Assembly: GCA_050613775.1 (NCBI GenBank)
Contig: JBODTK010000015.1
Location: 620,001 to 684,000 of the forward strand
Direction of reading: 5' to 3'
DNA length: 64,000 nucleotides
DNA from: Neocallimastix sp. 'constans'
Lineage: Eukaryota
Shown piece after piece: positions 52,641 to 64,000 of this stretch (the first letter of the stretch is position 1; every line of letters begins with the position of its first letter). A model generated the notes under the pieces. The model did not search any database. It was not told the DNA's origin and was given only the letters and a program-made list of their open reading frames with translations. The position numbers and the translations under genes were made by a program.

Positions 52641-54356
52641 TTACAACTTTTTATTCAATTTTAAAAAATCGTTTTTATATTGTTTATATCTTTTACATAA
52701 TTCATTATATCGGAGTAAATTATTTTCATTCTTTAATTGTTTATTTTTCTCTAATAATATTTCTCTTTCATCATTTATTGCTTTAATCTGTTCAGATAAT
52801 GTCTTTTCATTATTTTTAATAATTTCAATTTTTTCTAGTAATTCCTCTTTTCTTTTATTGTCTTCTATTAATTCCTTATTTTTATTCTCTTTTCTTTTAT
52901 TGTCTTCTAATATTATTTTTTGTTTACTCTCTATTTCATTATTTCTATTTAATAATTCATCATTTTTATCCATTAGTTCTTTATTTTTATCCATTAGATC
53001 TTTAATTTTATCCATTTGTTCTTTATTTTTCACTAATAATATTTCTCTTTCATCATTTATTGTTTTAATCTGTTCAGATAATGTCTTTTCATTATTTTTA
53101 ATAATTTCAATTTTTTCTAGTAATTCCTCTTTTCTTTTATTGTCTTCTAATAATTCCTTATTTTTATTCTCTTTTCTTTTATTGTCTTCTAGTAATTCCT
53201 TATTTCTATTCTCTTTTCTTTTATTGTCTTCTAGTAATTCCTTATTTCTATTCTCTTTTCTTTTATTGTCTTCTAATAATTCCTTATTTCTATTTTCTTT
53301 TCTTTTATTGTCTTCTAATAATTCCTTATTTTTATTCTCTTTTCTTTCATTGTCTTCTAATATTATTTTTTGTTTACTCTCTATTTCATTATTTCTATTT
53401 AATAATTCTTTATTTTTATCCATTAATTCTTTATTTTTATCCATTAGATCTTTAATTTTATCCATTTGATCTTTATTTTTCACTAATAATATTTCTCTTT
53501 CATCATTTATTGCTTTAATCTGTTCAGATAATGTCTTTTCATTATTTTTAATAATTTCAATTTTTTCTAGTAATTCCTCTTTTCTTTTATTGTCTTCTAA
53601 TAATTCCTTATTTTTATTCTCTTTTCTTTTATTGTCTTCTAATATTATTTTTTGTTTACTCTCTATTTCATTATTTCTATTTAATAATTCTTTATTTTTA
53701 TCCATTAGTTCTTTATTTTTATCCATTAGATCTTTAATTTTATCCATTTGATCTTTATTTTTCACTAATAATATTTCTCTTTCATCATTTATTGTTTTAA
53801 TCTGTTCAGATAATGTCTTTTCGTTATTTTTAATGATTTCAATTTTTTCTAATAATTCCTCTTTTCTTTTATTGTTTTCAAATAAGGTTTTTCTTTCATC
53901 CTCTATTTCATCAATTATTTTTAATAATTCTTTTCTGTCACTTTTTAGTCCTTCATTTTCTTCTGATAATGCTTTATATTTATCTTTCATTGTTTTAATC
54001 TGTTCAGATAATGCCTTTTCATTATTTTTACTGTTTTCAATTTTTTCTAATAATTCCTTATTTTTTTCCTCTTTTCCTTTATTGTCTTCTAATAATGTCT
54101 TTTTTTCACTTTCTATTTCATTAATTCTATTTATTAATTCTTCTTCTTCATCCTTTAGTTGTTTATTTTTAACTAATAATTCTTTATTTTCTACTAACAA
54201 TACTTCTTTTTCACAAATTATTGTTTCTATGTCTTCTTTTAATATTTCTATATAGTCTATTAGTTCTACTATGAAATTTTCATTATTATCTTCATCATTC
54301 ATAGATAAATCTGTACTTGTACTATTTTCACTATCACTAAAAATGTGCACAATCAT
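52641..54356 (-). CDS. Repetitive coiled-coil protein, copy 1 (571 aa)
   Basis: Long ORF of heptad-like K/E/N/L repeats (14-aa NKELLEDNKRKENR units in larger blocks), nearly identical to 61450-63321. Confidence 0.7.
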   Translation of the reverse strand: MIVHIFSDSENSTSTDLSMNDEDNNENFIVELIDYIEILKEDIETIICEKEVLLVENKELLVKNKQLKDEEEELINRINEIESEKKTLLEDNKGKEEKNKELLEKIENSKNNEKALSEQIKTMKDKYKALSEENEGLKSDRKELLKIIDEIEDERKTLFENNKRKEELLEKIEIIKNNEKTLSEQIKTINDEREILLVKNKDQMDKIKDLMDKNKELMDKNKELLNRNNEIESKQKIILEDNKRKENKNKELLEDNKRKEELLEKIEIIKNNEKTLSEQIKAINDEREILLVKNKDQMDKIKDLMDKNKELMDKNKELLNRNNEIESKQKIILEDNERKENKNKELLEDNKRKENRNKELLEDNKRKENRNKELLEDNKRKENRNKELLEDNKRKENKNKELLEDNKRKEELLEKIEIIKNNEKTLSEQIKTINDEREILLVKNKEQMDKIKDLMDKNKELMDKNDELLNRNNEIESKQKIILEDNKRKENKNKELIEDNKRKEELLEKIEIIKNNEKTLSEQIKAINDEREILLEKNKQLKNENNLLRYNELCKRYKQYKNDFLKLNKKL

Positions 54357-54774
54357 TATAAAAAAAATGGTTCTCTATATATATTTTATATGATTTTTTA
54401 TATATAAAAATTAATAATTAAATAAATAAAAATTTATTTAATATTAAATACTTTTATAGATAAAAATATACTTTATTTAAAGTGTTTCTTAGAGATAAAT
54501 TTACATATTTAGTAGTGTAATTCAAATTATATAATATTATTGATATAGTAATTATTTATATATTTTTTCATTTATAAGTTTTCAGTAATACATAATCTAA
54601 TTAAATAATACTGAAAAATTCTTAAAAATAAAAATAAAATAAAAAAGAAAAAAAAAAAATTATGAAAATTTTCTTTTTTTTATTTTTTAATATTTTTATT
54701 TAAATACTTTCTGATGATTTAAATTTTTTTTTTTTGACTGAAAAATGGCATTACATTGTAATATATTATGATTA

Positions 54775-55040
54775 TATATAATATAATATAATATAATATA
54801 ATATAATATAATATAATATAATATAATATAATATAATATAATATAATATAATATAATATAATATAATATAATATAATATAATATAATATAATATAATATA
54901 ATATAATATAATATAATATAATATAATATAATATAATATAATATAATATAATATAATATAATATAATATAATATAATATAATATAATATAATATAATATA
55001 ATATAATATAATATAATATAATATAATATAATATAATATC
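54775..55040. repeat. (ATATA)n microsatellite
   Basis: Perfect 5-bp tract; a second copy is at ~63740-63925. Confidence 0.95.
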
Positions 55041-55368
55041 AATAAAAATTTTAAATAATGAAAATAAAAAAAACTTTTTTTTCATTTTTTGTCCATTTTT
55101 TTTTTAAAAAGTATTTTTAGTTTGATTGTTCATTATTATTATTTATTATTCAATTATTTATTATTTATTATTTATTATTCATTATTTATTATTTATTATT
55201 TATTATTTATTATTTATTATTATTTATTATTTATTATTTATTATTTATTATTTATTATTGATTATTTATTATTGATTATTTATTATTTATTATTGATTAT
55301 TCAATTATTTATTATTTATTATTTATTAATAAATACTCTTATTATTATTTATTATTTATTATTTATTA

Positions 55369-55622
55369 TGTTAAGAATGTAACTGAAATCTAACAATTTC
55401 AATTATGATTATTTATAGTTAATATGGCTTTTATTTATTTATATTTAATTATATGAATATTACATAATAAAGAATATTACAGTTTAACAAAATATAATAA
55501 ATAAGATTTATAATAACTATTTAATAACTATCTAATAACTAATGTATTCATAATGTGGCTTATTGTGGCGTATTAATATTACAATGTATAATGTATAATT
55601 ATAATGTAGCTAATACTTAACA
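55369..55622 (-). repeat. 3' LTR of copia element
   Basis: TG...CA ends with 7-bp terminal inverted repeat; adjacent to the polypurine tract. Confidence 0.96.
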
Positions 55623-55802
55623 TTCCCTCTACATTATGCATTTGGTAATAATATAAAAAATAAAGTTTTAATAAATTTTTTTTTTTTTTTTTTTATTTTA
55701 TAGTAAATTTTTAATAATAAAATTTTTTTTTTTTTTTTATTTTTTTTTTTTTTTTTTTTATAGTAAATTTTTAATAATAAAATTTTTTTTTTTTTTTTTT
55801 TT

Positions 55803-58800
55803 TTAATTGAAAATAAAATCAGTAAAACATTTCATTTTTGGTCCAGATATTACTTTAGTTAAAGGATTAGCTAACATAGTATCGGAGGATATATGTTCTA
55901 AATTTATTTCTTTTCTGTTTATTTTTTCTTGAATGTATTTATAATCAATGTCCATGTGTTTACATCTACCTTTTGTATTTTCATTTTCAGCGATATTTTT
56001 ACAAGATTTATTATCAATTTTAATTTTTAAATTAATTTCTTTATTGAATATTTCTTTTAGTAATTTCTTTAATTTCATTCCTTGTTTTGCACATTCAGTT
56101 AATGCAACATATTCTGCTTCAGTGGTTGATAATGTGATACTCTTCTGAGTTTCAGATTTCCATGAAATTGGACTTTTTCCAAATAAGAAAATGTATCCAC
56201 TGGTAGATTTTCTTGTTTCTTCATCGCCAGCGAAATCAGCGTCTGAGTAGGCAATTAAATTTTTACTTCCATAGTAATAAATAGATTTTTCTTTAGTAGA
56301 TTTTAAATATCTTAAGATCATCAATGCTGATTTTAGATCAACTTCTGTTGGGTTTTCGGCGCGTCTTGCAGCTTGATTAACTGCAAATGAGATGTCTGGT
56401 CTTGTTTTTGTTGAAACAAATAATAAAGCACCAATAATAGATTTATAATCTGTTACGTTTACTGGTGTTGAATTTTCTCTTTCTTCTAAAGTAATTTTTC
56501 TACATGGGTTGTTAATTGGTTTTGTCTTATTCATTTTGTAATTCTTAATTAATTTTTCAATGTAGTCTTGTTGATTAATTTTATATCCTTCTTCAGTTTT
56601 AAAAATATTTATTCCTATAATTTTGTTAACTTCCGTGTCTTTTGAAATTTTATATTTTTCTTTTAATTTATTGCTTATATATTTAATTTCTTTATCTTCT
56701 CCAGTAAGTAAGATATCATCAACATAAAGACATAATATAGCCCATAAATTTCCATTGTGATATTTTGTAAATAAACATTGATCAATACTCAATTGTTTTA
56801 AGCCAATATTTTTTAAATAACTTGATATTTCTTTATACCATTGTCTTCCGGCTTGTTTCAAACCATATAGAGCCTTATTTAATATCCAATATTTTCCAGA
56901 ATTATAATTTTTATCTCCTTCTGGTATGTCCACGTATATTTCTTCTTCTAATTTGGCATTTAAATAAGCTGCCTTTATATCCATTTGTCTTAAGTTCCAT
57001 TTGTATTGTGATGAGATGGCAATTGCTATTCTTAAACTATCTGCTTCAATTGTTGGTGAATATGTTGATGTATAGTTAACACCTTTTCTCTGTTTGAATC
57101 CACGAGCAACTAATCTTGCTCTTTTAACACCATTATCTTTAGTAGTAAATACCCATCTAGTATCAATTAAAGTAGTATCTTTAGGAATATTATTAACTAT
57201 CCTCATTACTTTTTGTTCATACATATTATTGATTTCTTTTTTAATTGTATCTTTCCATTTATTTGAATCGTTAGAATTTATTGCTTCATCATAACTCTTG
57301 GGATTAACTGTTTTAATTAGTAATACTTTGTTTTTCTTTATTGTTAATTGTTCATTATCATTTGTATTTTCTTTTTCATTTAAATCAATGAATTTTCTTT
57401 TGTTATTATTTTTATGAGTATCGGTATTTTCCATTTCATTATTTTCTAAATTATTTTTGTTATTATCTTGAATATTTATAGCCATATCATTACTATTAGA
57501 ATTATTTAAATTGTTGTTTGAACTTTTATCAATTAATATATCAGAGTTTTGATTTGTGTTTAAGTTTTCATGTTTTTTATTCAAATTCATATTATTAATA
57601 TTGTTATTAATGTTATTGTTGTTATTGTTTAATATAATTTTATTATTGCCATTAATAATTTCTCGGTTGTTATTATTTGAATTATTTGAATTATTTAATT
57701 GATCATAACTGCCTTTTTCCCCCTCAATTGAATAATTCGAAGGAAAAATAGAATTAATATATTTTTCTGATAGAAAGGTAGTATTAATAGTTCCAGGAAT
57801 ATTTTCCAAGAAATAAACGTCTCTAGCTGATACAATACAGTTAGAAGATAAATCTAAAATACGGTAACCAGTAGAGTCCGAAGCATAACCAAGAAAAATT
57901 CCAGGTTTAGAATTATTTTCAAATTTATTCTTTTTATGATTATTATAGAAATATACTCTGCAACCAAAAACACGTAAGTGTGAAATATCAATAGGTTTGT
58001 TGAAGAAAACTTCATCTGGGATTTTTGAATTATTACCTTGATGAGGATTAAGGTTATATAAACGACATGCGCATAGAATAGCAGAATCCCAAAAATTAAG
58101 AGGTAATTTGGCAGAATTAAGTAGCGTGGTTGCACAATTATTAAGAGTTTGATTAATTCGTTCTGAACGGCCATTTTGTTGTGGGTAGCCAGGAGTTGAA
58201 TGAATTAATTTTATACCATTTTCGGAAAGGTACTTGTTGAAATTTTCATTTGTGTATTCGGTTCCATTGTCGGTTTTTAAAGTTTTAATTGTAAATTCAG
58301 TAGTATTATTCATTAATTTGTGAAATTTAATAAATGCGTTATAAACATCAGAATTATTTTTTAAAAGGTAAATCCAGCATTTTCTACTATAGTCATCCAT
58401 AAAAGTTACGTAGTAATTGAAATCGTTATAGGATGTTTTTAATTTACCAACTACATCGGAGTGTACAAGTTGTAGTGGTTGTGTGGTACTGTTTTCAATT
58501 GCATAAAATGGTTTTCTTCACATTTTGCTGATTTTACATTGAGTGCAGTCCTTTTTGTTGTGAATACACGTGTGGTTTAAAACAAATTTTTCAATATCTT
58601 TATTATTGTTGAAGTGACCTAATCGTGCATGCCAAAGATCATAATCGAAATTGCTAATATCAATATTTAAAGATTTATACATTTTAAAGGGAGTAGTGTA
58701 TAATGAGAAGAGATTTTCTTTGTCGGCATAAATTTTCGCAACTGGTTTATTGTTTTTGAATAATTGAAGTCTATCCTTATTTAAATATTCATCGAAATCG

Positions 58801-60377
58801 ATAATAATGGTAAAATTATTTCTGACAAGATAATGTGTTGAAATTAAGTTATTTTTGATGTTTGGTGCGTAGTGGACTTTTGAGAGTTTGAAATCGAAAT
58901 TTTTAATAGCACCATTATATGTTCCTACTTTTACGATTTTGTCAGATTTTCCGTCAGGATAGGTGATAAATTTGTTGTTGACAGTTTTGGTGTCATCTAG
59001 GTCCTTTTCTTCTTTTGTTAAATTTAATGATGTACCGCTGTCAATAATCCATCTTGTTGGTTCTTTCTTTTGATTAATTATGGGTTTATCGTTGGAAACA
59101 GCGTTAACATTAATATTTCCTGAAAATCCAGTAAAAATTTCATCTTCGCTAGGTTCATCAGAATCTTCTAAATCAGAAGTATTTTTAATTCCTTCTATAT
59201 TATTGGAACGATAATTTTTGTTTTTTGAATTGTTTCTTGTTGTGTTGCTTCTTTCTTGGTGTCTGATGTTTTCATTTGAAGGATTTTTATTATTTCTTCT
59301 ATCTTTTCTTCTAGGATTTAAAAAACATTCATCGGTAGTGTGTCCGTGTTTATGGCAAATGTGACAATATTTTTCTTTTTCTTTATCTTTATCAGAGTCA
59401 TTGTTAAACTTATATGGTAATTTACCATTTCTAACTCTATTAACCGAAAGCTCTTGTGTAGTTTCGTTGCTATAGTCAATTTTCTTTATGTCTTTGTATT
59501 TTTTAATAAAAACACTAGTCAAGGCTATCCGTTCTTTTAATTCTTCAAAGGTTTTAAATTCGACTAAAAGTACTGGAGGAACTCCAAATTTAACAATTTC
59601 TTCAGCTGAAAGTAAAATTTTAGTTTCTTCGTCTAATTTTGTTTTTCCACATCTTTTTGATTCCTTATCGTGAAGTTGAACTAAGTAATTTAATTTGTCT
59701 ATATAGAGTTTTATATTGTTATTTTCGACCTCTAGTTTCTTGATTTGGTATTCAATTTGATATAATTTTGAAGGTCCAACCTGCAAAAAGTAACTTTCTA
59801 ATCTTATAATCATTTCATAGGCGGTTTCACATCCTTCAATGAGTTCGGCGGTAGTTGAATCTAAGCTGCTTTCGATGATGGTTTGGGTTGCACAGTCTTC
59901 CTTGATTTCATCATCATCCATTTCTGTAATATCTATGTCATTTTTGATGCAGTCAATAAGATCTAATGCCGTTAAGTGACGTTTGAGAGCTCTATACCAT
60001 CTTGGAAAGTTTTCTGTAGTTAATTTAAAATTTTGATAATTAAAAACCGATTTATTTGTCATATCTGACTTCTTTCTTCTCATGAGTTTTTCGTTGGCTC
60101 TGTTTAGTCTTTTAATAAAATTCTTTGTGTTTCTATCTAAGATTGAGAATTGTTTTTCGACATTTTCTTCTAAGTCATTTAAATTTTCTTCAATTTGTTT
60201 TCTTTTCGACTTTGAAATATTATTTTGTTTGTTTACATTTTCTTCAAAGTCTTTCAAAAAATTAAAATCATCATTTTCGTAATCTTGAATTTCTTGTTCT
60301 TCACTTTCATAATTATTGTTTTGTGAAGTTGATGATTCTTCAAATTTTCCTGAATTTTTAGATTTGTTATTTTCCAT
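55803..60377 (-). CDS. Copia Gag-Pol polyprotein, single frame interrupted by one TGA at 58518-58520
   Basis: CHICHKHGHTTDEC knuckle, WIIDSGTS protease, LWHARLGH..CTQC, integrase VHSD/KTDNGTEY/NGRSER, RT ARLVARGF/QMDIKAAYL/LYVDD and RNase H YSDADFAGD. The 619-aa and 865-aa ORFs are in the same frame. Confidence 0.95.
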
Positions 60378-60569
60378 TTTGGAATTTAGAATTTTAAATT
60401 TTAATTAATTTTAAAAAAATAAATTTAAATTTTGAAATTTTAATTTTGAAATCTAATTTCAATAATTTTTGAATTTGTAGATTTTAAATTATTTATTTAA
60501 TATTTTAATTATAACAAGCTTGTTTAATTTAATTTTCGTATTTTTATAGCTAATAGCTCATTAGGTAAG

Positions 60570-60583
60570 TGAGACTCTTAATC
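60570..60583 (-). promoter_or_regulatory. Primer-binding site complementary to the anticodon arm of tRNA-Lys(CUU)
   Basis: Plus strand TGAGACTCTTAATC matches the anticodon arm of typical eukaryotic tRNA-Lys(CTT) and directly abuts the LTR. Confidence 0.85.
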
Positions 60584-60837
60584 TGTTAAGAATGTAACTG
60601 AAATCTCACAATTTCAATTATGATTATTTATAGTTAATATGGCTTTTATTTATTTATATTTAATTATATGAATATTACATAATAAAGAATATTACAGTTT
60701 AACAAAATATAATAAATAAGATTTATAATAACTATTTAATAACTATCTAATAACTAATGTATTCATAATGTGGCTTATTGTGGCGTATTAATATTACAAT
60801 GTATAATGTATAATTATAATGTAGCTAATACTTAACA
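60584..60837 (-). repeat. 5' LTR of copia element
   Basis: Direct repeat of 55369-55622; adjacent to the PBS. Confidence 0.96.
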
Positions 60838-60889
60838 TATTATTTATTATTTATTATTTATTATTTATTATTTATTATTTATTATTTAT

Positions 60890-61087
60890 TATTTATAATA
60901 GAATTAATATAATAGTATTAATTTATTTATAATAGGATAATAATAAAAATTCAATATATTTATTATATTGTAATATATTATATAAATATATTATAATATA
61001 TTTTAATTGAAAATGAAAAATAAAATTTTTTTTTAAAAATGGACATAAAAAATTAAACAAAAACTGAAATACCCACAAAAATAAAAT

Positions 61088-61118
<31 letters not shown>

Positions 61119-64000
61119 TAAAATATTTCTATATTTTATATTTTATATTTTATATTTTATTATTAAATTACTTATTTTATATTTTATACTCTATTTAATG
61201 AAGTGAAGAATTAAATACTGTATTTGAGAATTTATAATAAATCTTTTGTATACTTTAAGCAATATCAAAAAGAATAATATTAAAATTATATATAAGATAC
61301 TATTTTAATATTATAATATTTATATAGTTAATTATTATATATTTATTTATATATTTATTAAATTTATTTATTTATTATTAATTTATTTATTTATTTATTA
61401 GGTTTACTAATTTTTACCAATTATTATTTAATTTTAATGATTATAGTATTTACAACTTTTTATTCAATTTTAAAAAATCGTTTTTATATTGTTTATATCT
61501 TTTACATAATTCATTATATCGGAGTAAATTATTTTCATTCTTTAATTGTTTATTTTTTTCTAATAATATTTCTTTTTCATTTTTTATTGTTTTAATCTGT
61601 TCAGATAATGTCTTTTCATTATTTTTAATAATTTTAATTTTTTCTAGTAATTTCTCTTTTCTTTCATTGTCTTCTAATATTATTTTTTGTTTACTCTCTA
61701 TTTCATTATTTCTATTTAATAATTCTTTATTTTTATCCATTAGTTCTTTATTTTTATCCATTAGTTTTTTATTTTTCTCTAATAATATTTCTCTTTCATC
61801 ATTTATTGCTTTAATCTGTTCAGATAATGTCTTTTCATTATTTTTAATAATTTCAATTTTTTCTAGTAATTCCTCTTTTCTTTTATTGTCTTCTATTAAT
61901 TCCTTATTTTTATTCTCTTTTCTTTTATTGTCTTCTAATATTATTTTTTGTTTACTCTCTATTTCATTATTTCTATTTAATAATTCATCATTTTTATCCA
62001 TTAGTTCTTTATTTTTATCCATTAGATCTTTAATTTTATCCATTTGTTCTTTATTTTTCACTAATAATATTTCTCTTTCATCATTTATTGTTTTAATCTG
62101 TTCAGATAATGTCTTTTCATTATTTTTAATAATTTCAATTTTTTCTAGTAATTCCTCTTTTCTTTTATTGTCTTCTAATAATTCCTTATTTTTATTCTCT
62201 TTTCTTTTATTGTCTTCTAGTAATTCCTTATTTCTATTCTCTTTTCTTTTATTGTCTTCTAGTAATTCCTTATTTCTATTCTCTTTTCTTTTATTGTCTT
62301 CTAATAATTCCTTATTTCTATTTTCTTTTCTTTTATTGTCTTCTAATAATTCCTTATTTTTATTCTCTTTTCTTTTATTGTCTTCTAATATTATTTTTTG
62401 TTTACTCTCTATTTCATTATTTCTATTTAATAATTCTTTATTTTTATCCATTAGTTCTTTATTTTTATTCATTAGATCTTTAATTTTATCCATTTGATCT
62501 TTATTTTTCACTAATAATATTTCTCTTTCATCATTTATTGTTTTAATCTGTTCAGATAATGTCTTTTCGTTATTTTTAATGATTTCAATTTTTTCTAATA
62601 ATTCCTCTTTTCTTTTATTGTTTTCAAATAAGGTTTTTCTTTCATCCTCTATTTCATCAATTATTTTTAATAATTCTTTTCTGTCACTTTTTAGTCCTTC
62701 ATTTTCTTCTGATAATGCTTTATATTTATCTTTCATTGTTTTAATCTGTTCAGATAATGCCTTTTCATTATTTTTACTGTTTTCAATTTTTTCTAATAAT
62801 TCCTTATTTTTTTCCTCTTTTCCTTTATTGTCTTCTAATAATGTCTTTTTTTCACTTTCTATTTCATTAATTCTATTTATTAATTCTTCTTCTTCATCCT
62901 TTAGTTGTTTATTTTTAACTAATAATTCTTTATTTTCTACTAACAATACTTCTTTTTCACAAATTATTGTTTCTATGTCTTCTTTTAATATTTCTATATA
63001 GTCTATTATATTTCTATTATCATTTACTAATGATTTCTCCTTTTCTTTTAATGCATTATTTTCATTTTCTAACTTTCCTATCTTTTCTTTTAATTCTTTA
63101 TTTTCATTTTCTATGTTTTCTATGTTTTTAATATTTTCTAATGATTGATTTTCATTTTCTAATTTTTTATATTTTTTTTTCAAATTTTTTTTCTTTGCTT
63201 TGGCAAGTTTTTTGGAATTCTTTTTGGGTTCTACTATGAAATTTTCATTATTATCTTCATCATTCATAGATAAATCTGTACTTGTACTATTTTCACTATC
63301 ACTAAAAATGTGCACAATCATTATAAAAAAATGGTTCTCTATATATATTTTATATGATTTTTTATATATAAAAATTAATAATTAAATAAATAAAAATTTA
63401 TTTAATATTAAATACTTTTATAGATAAAAATATACTTTATTTAAAGTGTTTCTTAGAGATAAATTTACATATTTAGTAGTGTAATTCAAATTATATAATA
63501 TTATTGATATAGTAATTATTTATATATTTTTTCATTTATAAGTTTTCAGTAATAAATAATCTAATTAAATAATACTGAAAAATTCTTAAAAATAAAAATA
63601 AAATAAAAAAGAAAAAAAAAAATTATGAAAATTTTCTTTTTTTTATTTTTTAATATTTTTATTTAAATACTTTCTGATGATTTAAATTTTTTTTTTTTTT
63701 GACTGAAAAATGGCATTACATTGTAATATATTATGATTATATATAATATAATATAATATAATATAATATAATATAATATAATATAATATAATATAATATA
63801 ATATAATATAATATAATATAATATAATATAATATAATATAATATAATATAATATAATATAATATAATATAATATAATATAATATAATATAATATAATATA
63901 ATATAATATAATATAATATAATATCAATAAAAATTTTAAATAATGAAAATAAAAAAAACTTTTTTTTCATTTTTTGTCCATTTTTTTTTTAAAAAGTATT
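60890..64000. repeat. Second copy of a ~3.4-kb tandem segmental duplication (first copy ~51990-55368)
   Basis: Flanks, gene, upstream region and (ATATA)n are all duplicated. The window ends in sequence matching ~55085-55115. Confidence 0.92.
61450..63321 (-). CDS. Repetitive coiled-coil protein, copy 2 (623 aa)
   Basis: Same N- and C-termini as copy 1, with ~73 extra N-terminal codons and a different repeat arrangement. Confidence 0.7.
   Translation of the reverse strand: MIVHIFSDSENSTSTDLSMNDEDNNENFIVEPKKNSKKLAKAKKKNLKKKYKKLENENQSLENIKNIENIENENKELKEKIGKLENENNALKEKEKSLVNDNRNIIDYIEILKEDIETIICEKEVLLVENKELLVKNKQLKDEEEELINRINEIESEKKTLLEDNKGKEEKNKELLEKIENSKNNEKALSEQIKTMKDKYKALSEENEGLKSDRKELLKIIDEIEDERKTLFENNKRKEELLEKIEIIKNNEKTLSEQIKTINDEREILLVKNKDQMDKIKDLMNKNKELMDKNKELLNRNNEIESKQKIILEDNKRKENKNKELLEDNKRKENRNKELLEDNKRKENRNKELLEDNKRKENRNKELLEDNKRKENKNKELLEDNKRKEELLEKIEIIKNNEKTLSEQIKTINDEREILLVKNKEQMDKIKDLMDKNKELMDKNDELLNRNNEIESKQKIILEDNKRKENKNKELIEDNKRKEELLEKIEIIKNNEKTLSEQIKAINDEREILLEKNKKLMDKNKELMDKNKELLNRNNEIESKQKIILEDNERKEKLLEKIKIIKNNEKTLSEQIKTIKNEKEILLEKNKQLKNENNLLRYNELCKRYKQYKNDFLKLNKKL

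Larger units (their letters stand above)
55369..60837 (-). mobile_element. Full-length young Ty1/copia LTR retrotransposon (5469 bp)
   Basis: 254-bp LTRs (TGTTAAG...CTTAACA) at 55369-55622 and 60584-60837, with only one mismatch noticed. 5-bp TSD TATTA, PPT AGAGGGAA, PBS at 60570-60583, and gag-PR-IN-RT-RH order. Confidence 0.97.

Noticed and set aside
52615..54255. Plus-strand Leu/Ser/Phe-rich ORFs (also 61667-63001)
   Set aside because: They are antisense shadows of the repetitive coiled-coil genes.
54696..55382. YYIIL and IIYYLLF ORFs (also 14517-14873 and 63682-63970)
   Set aside because: They are microsatellite translations.
60553..60583. Possible tRNA-Lys gene
   Set aside because: Only the D-arm and anticodon portions are present, with no T-arm or acceptor stem. 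Its position abutting the LTR identifies it as a PBS.

Overview
Extremely AT-rich eukaryotic DNA, most consistent with an anaerobic gut fungus (Neocallimastigomycota). This is inferred from base composition, GT-AG introns, CBM18 arrays, solute-binding-domain/7TM receptors and an intronless bacterial-type GH43. Genes: the 3' part of a giant Glu-rich protein ending in seven CBM18 chitin-binding domains; an O-acetylhomoserine sulfhydrylase with a 1-nt frameshift; a GH43 xylosidase/arabinofuranosidase; two 5-exon paralogous solute-binding-protein/7TM receptors; a hypothetical protein; an ankyrin-repeat protein; and a tandemly duplicated coiled-coil gene. Mobile DNA: one young full-length Ty1/copia element, two decayed copia elements, a Mutator-like element nested in an older foldback plus its deleted derivative, and a short retroposed tRNA-like fragment. 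Most interesting: (1) a ~580-nt GC-enriched, ORF-less island (23839-24420) with nested long-range helices and motifs reminiscent of HEARO/omega-RNA; (2) all three copia elements carry a primer-binding site matching the anticodon arm of tRNA-Lys(CUU), implying half-tRNA priming; (3) two of them sit in or beside a dispersed (TTATTTA)n satellite. Everything was read by eye and no searches were run.
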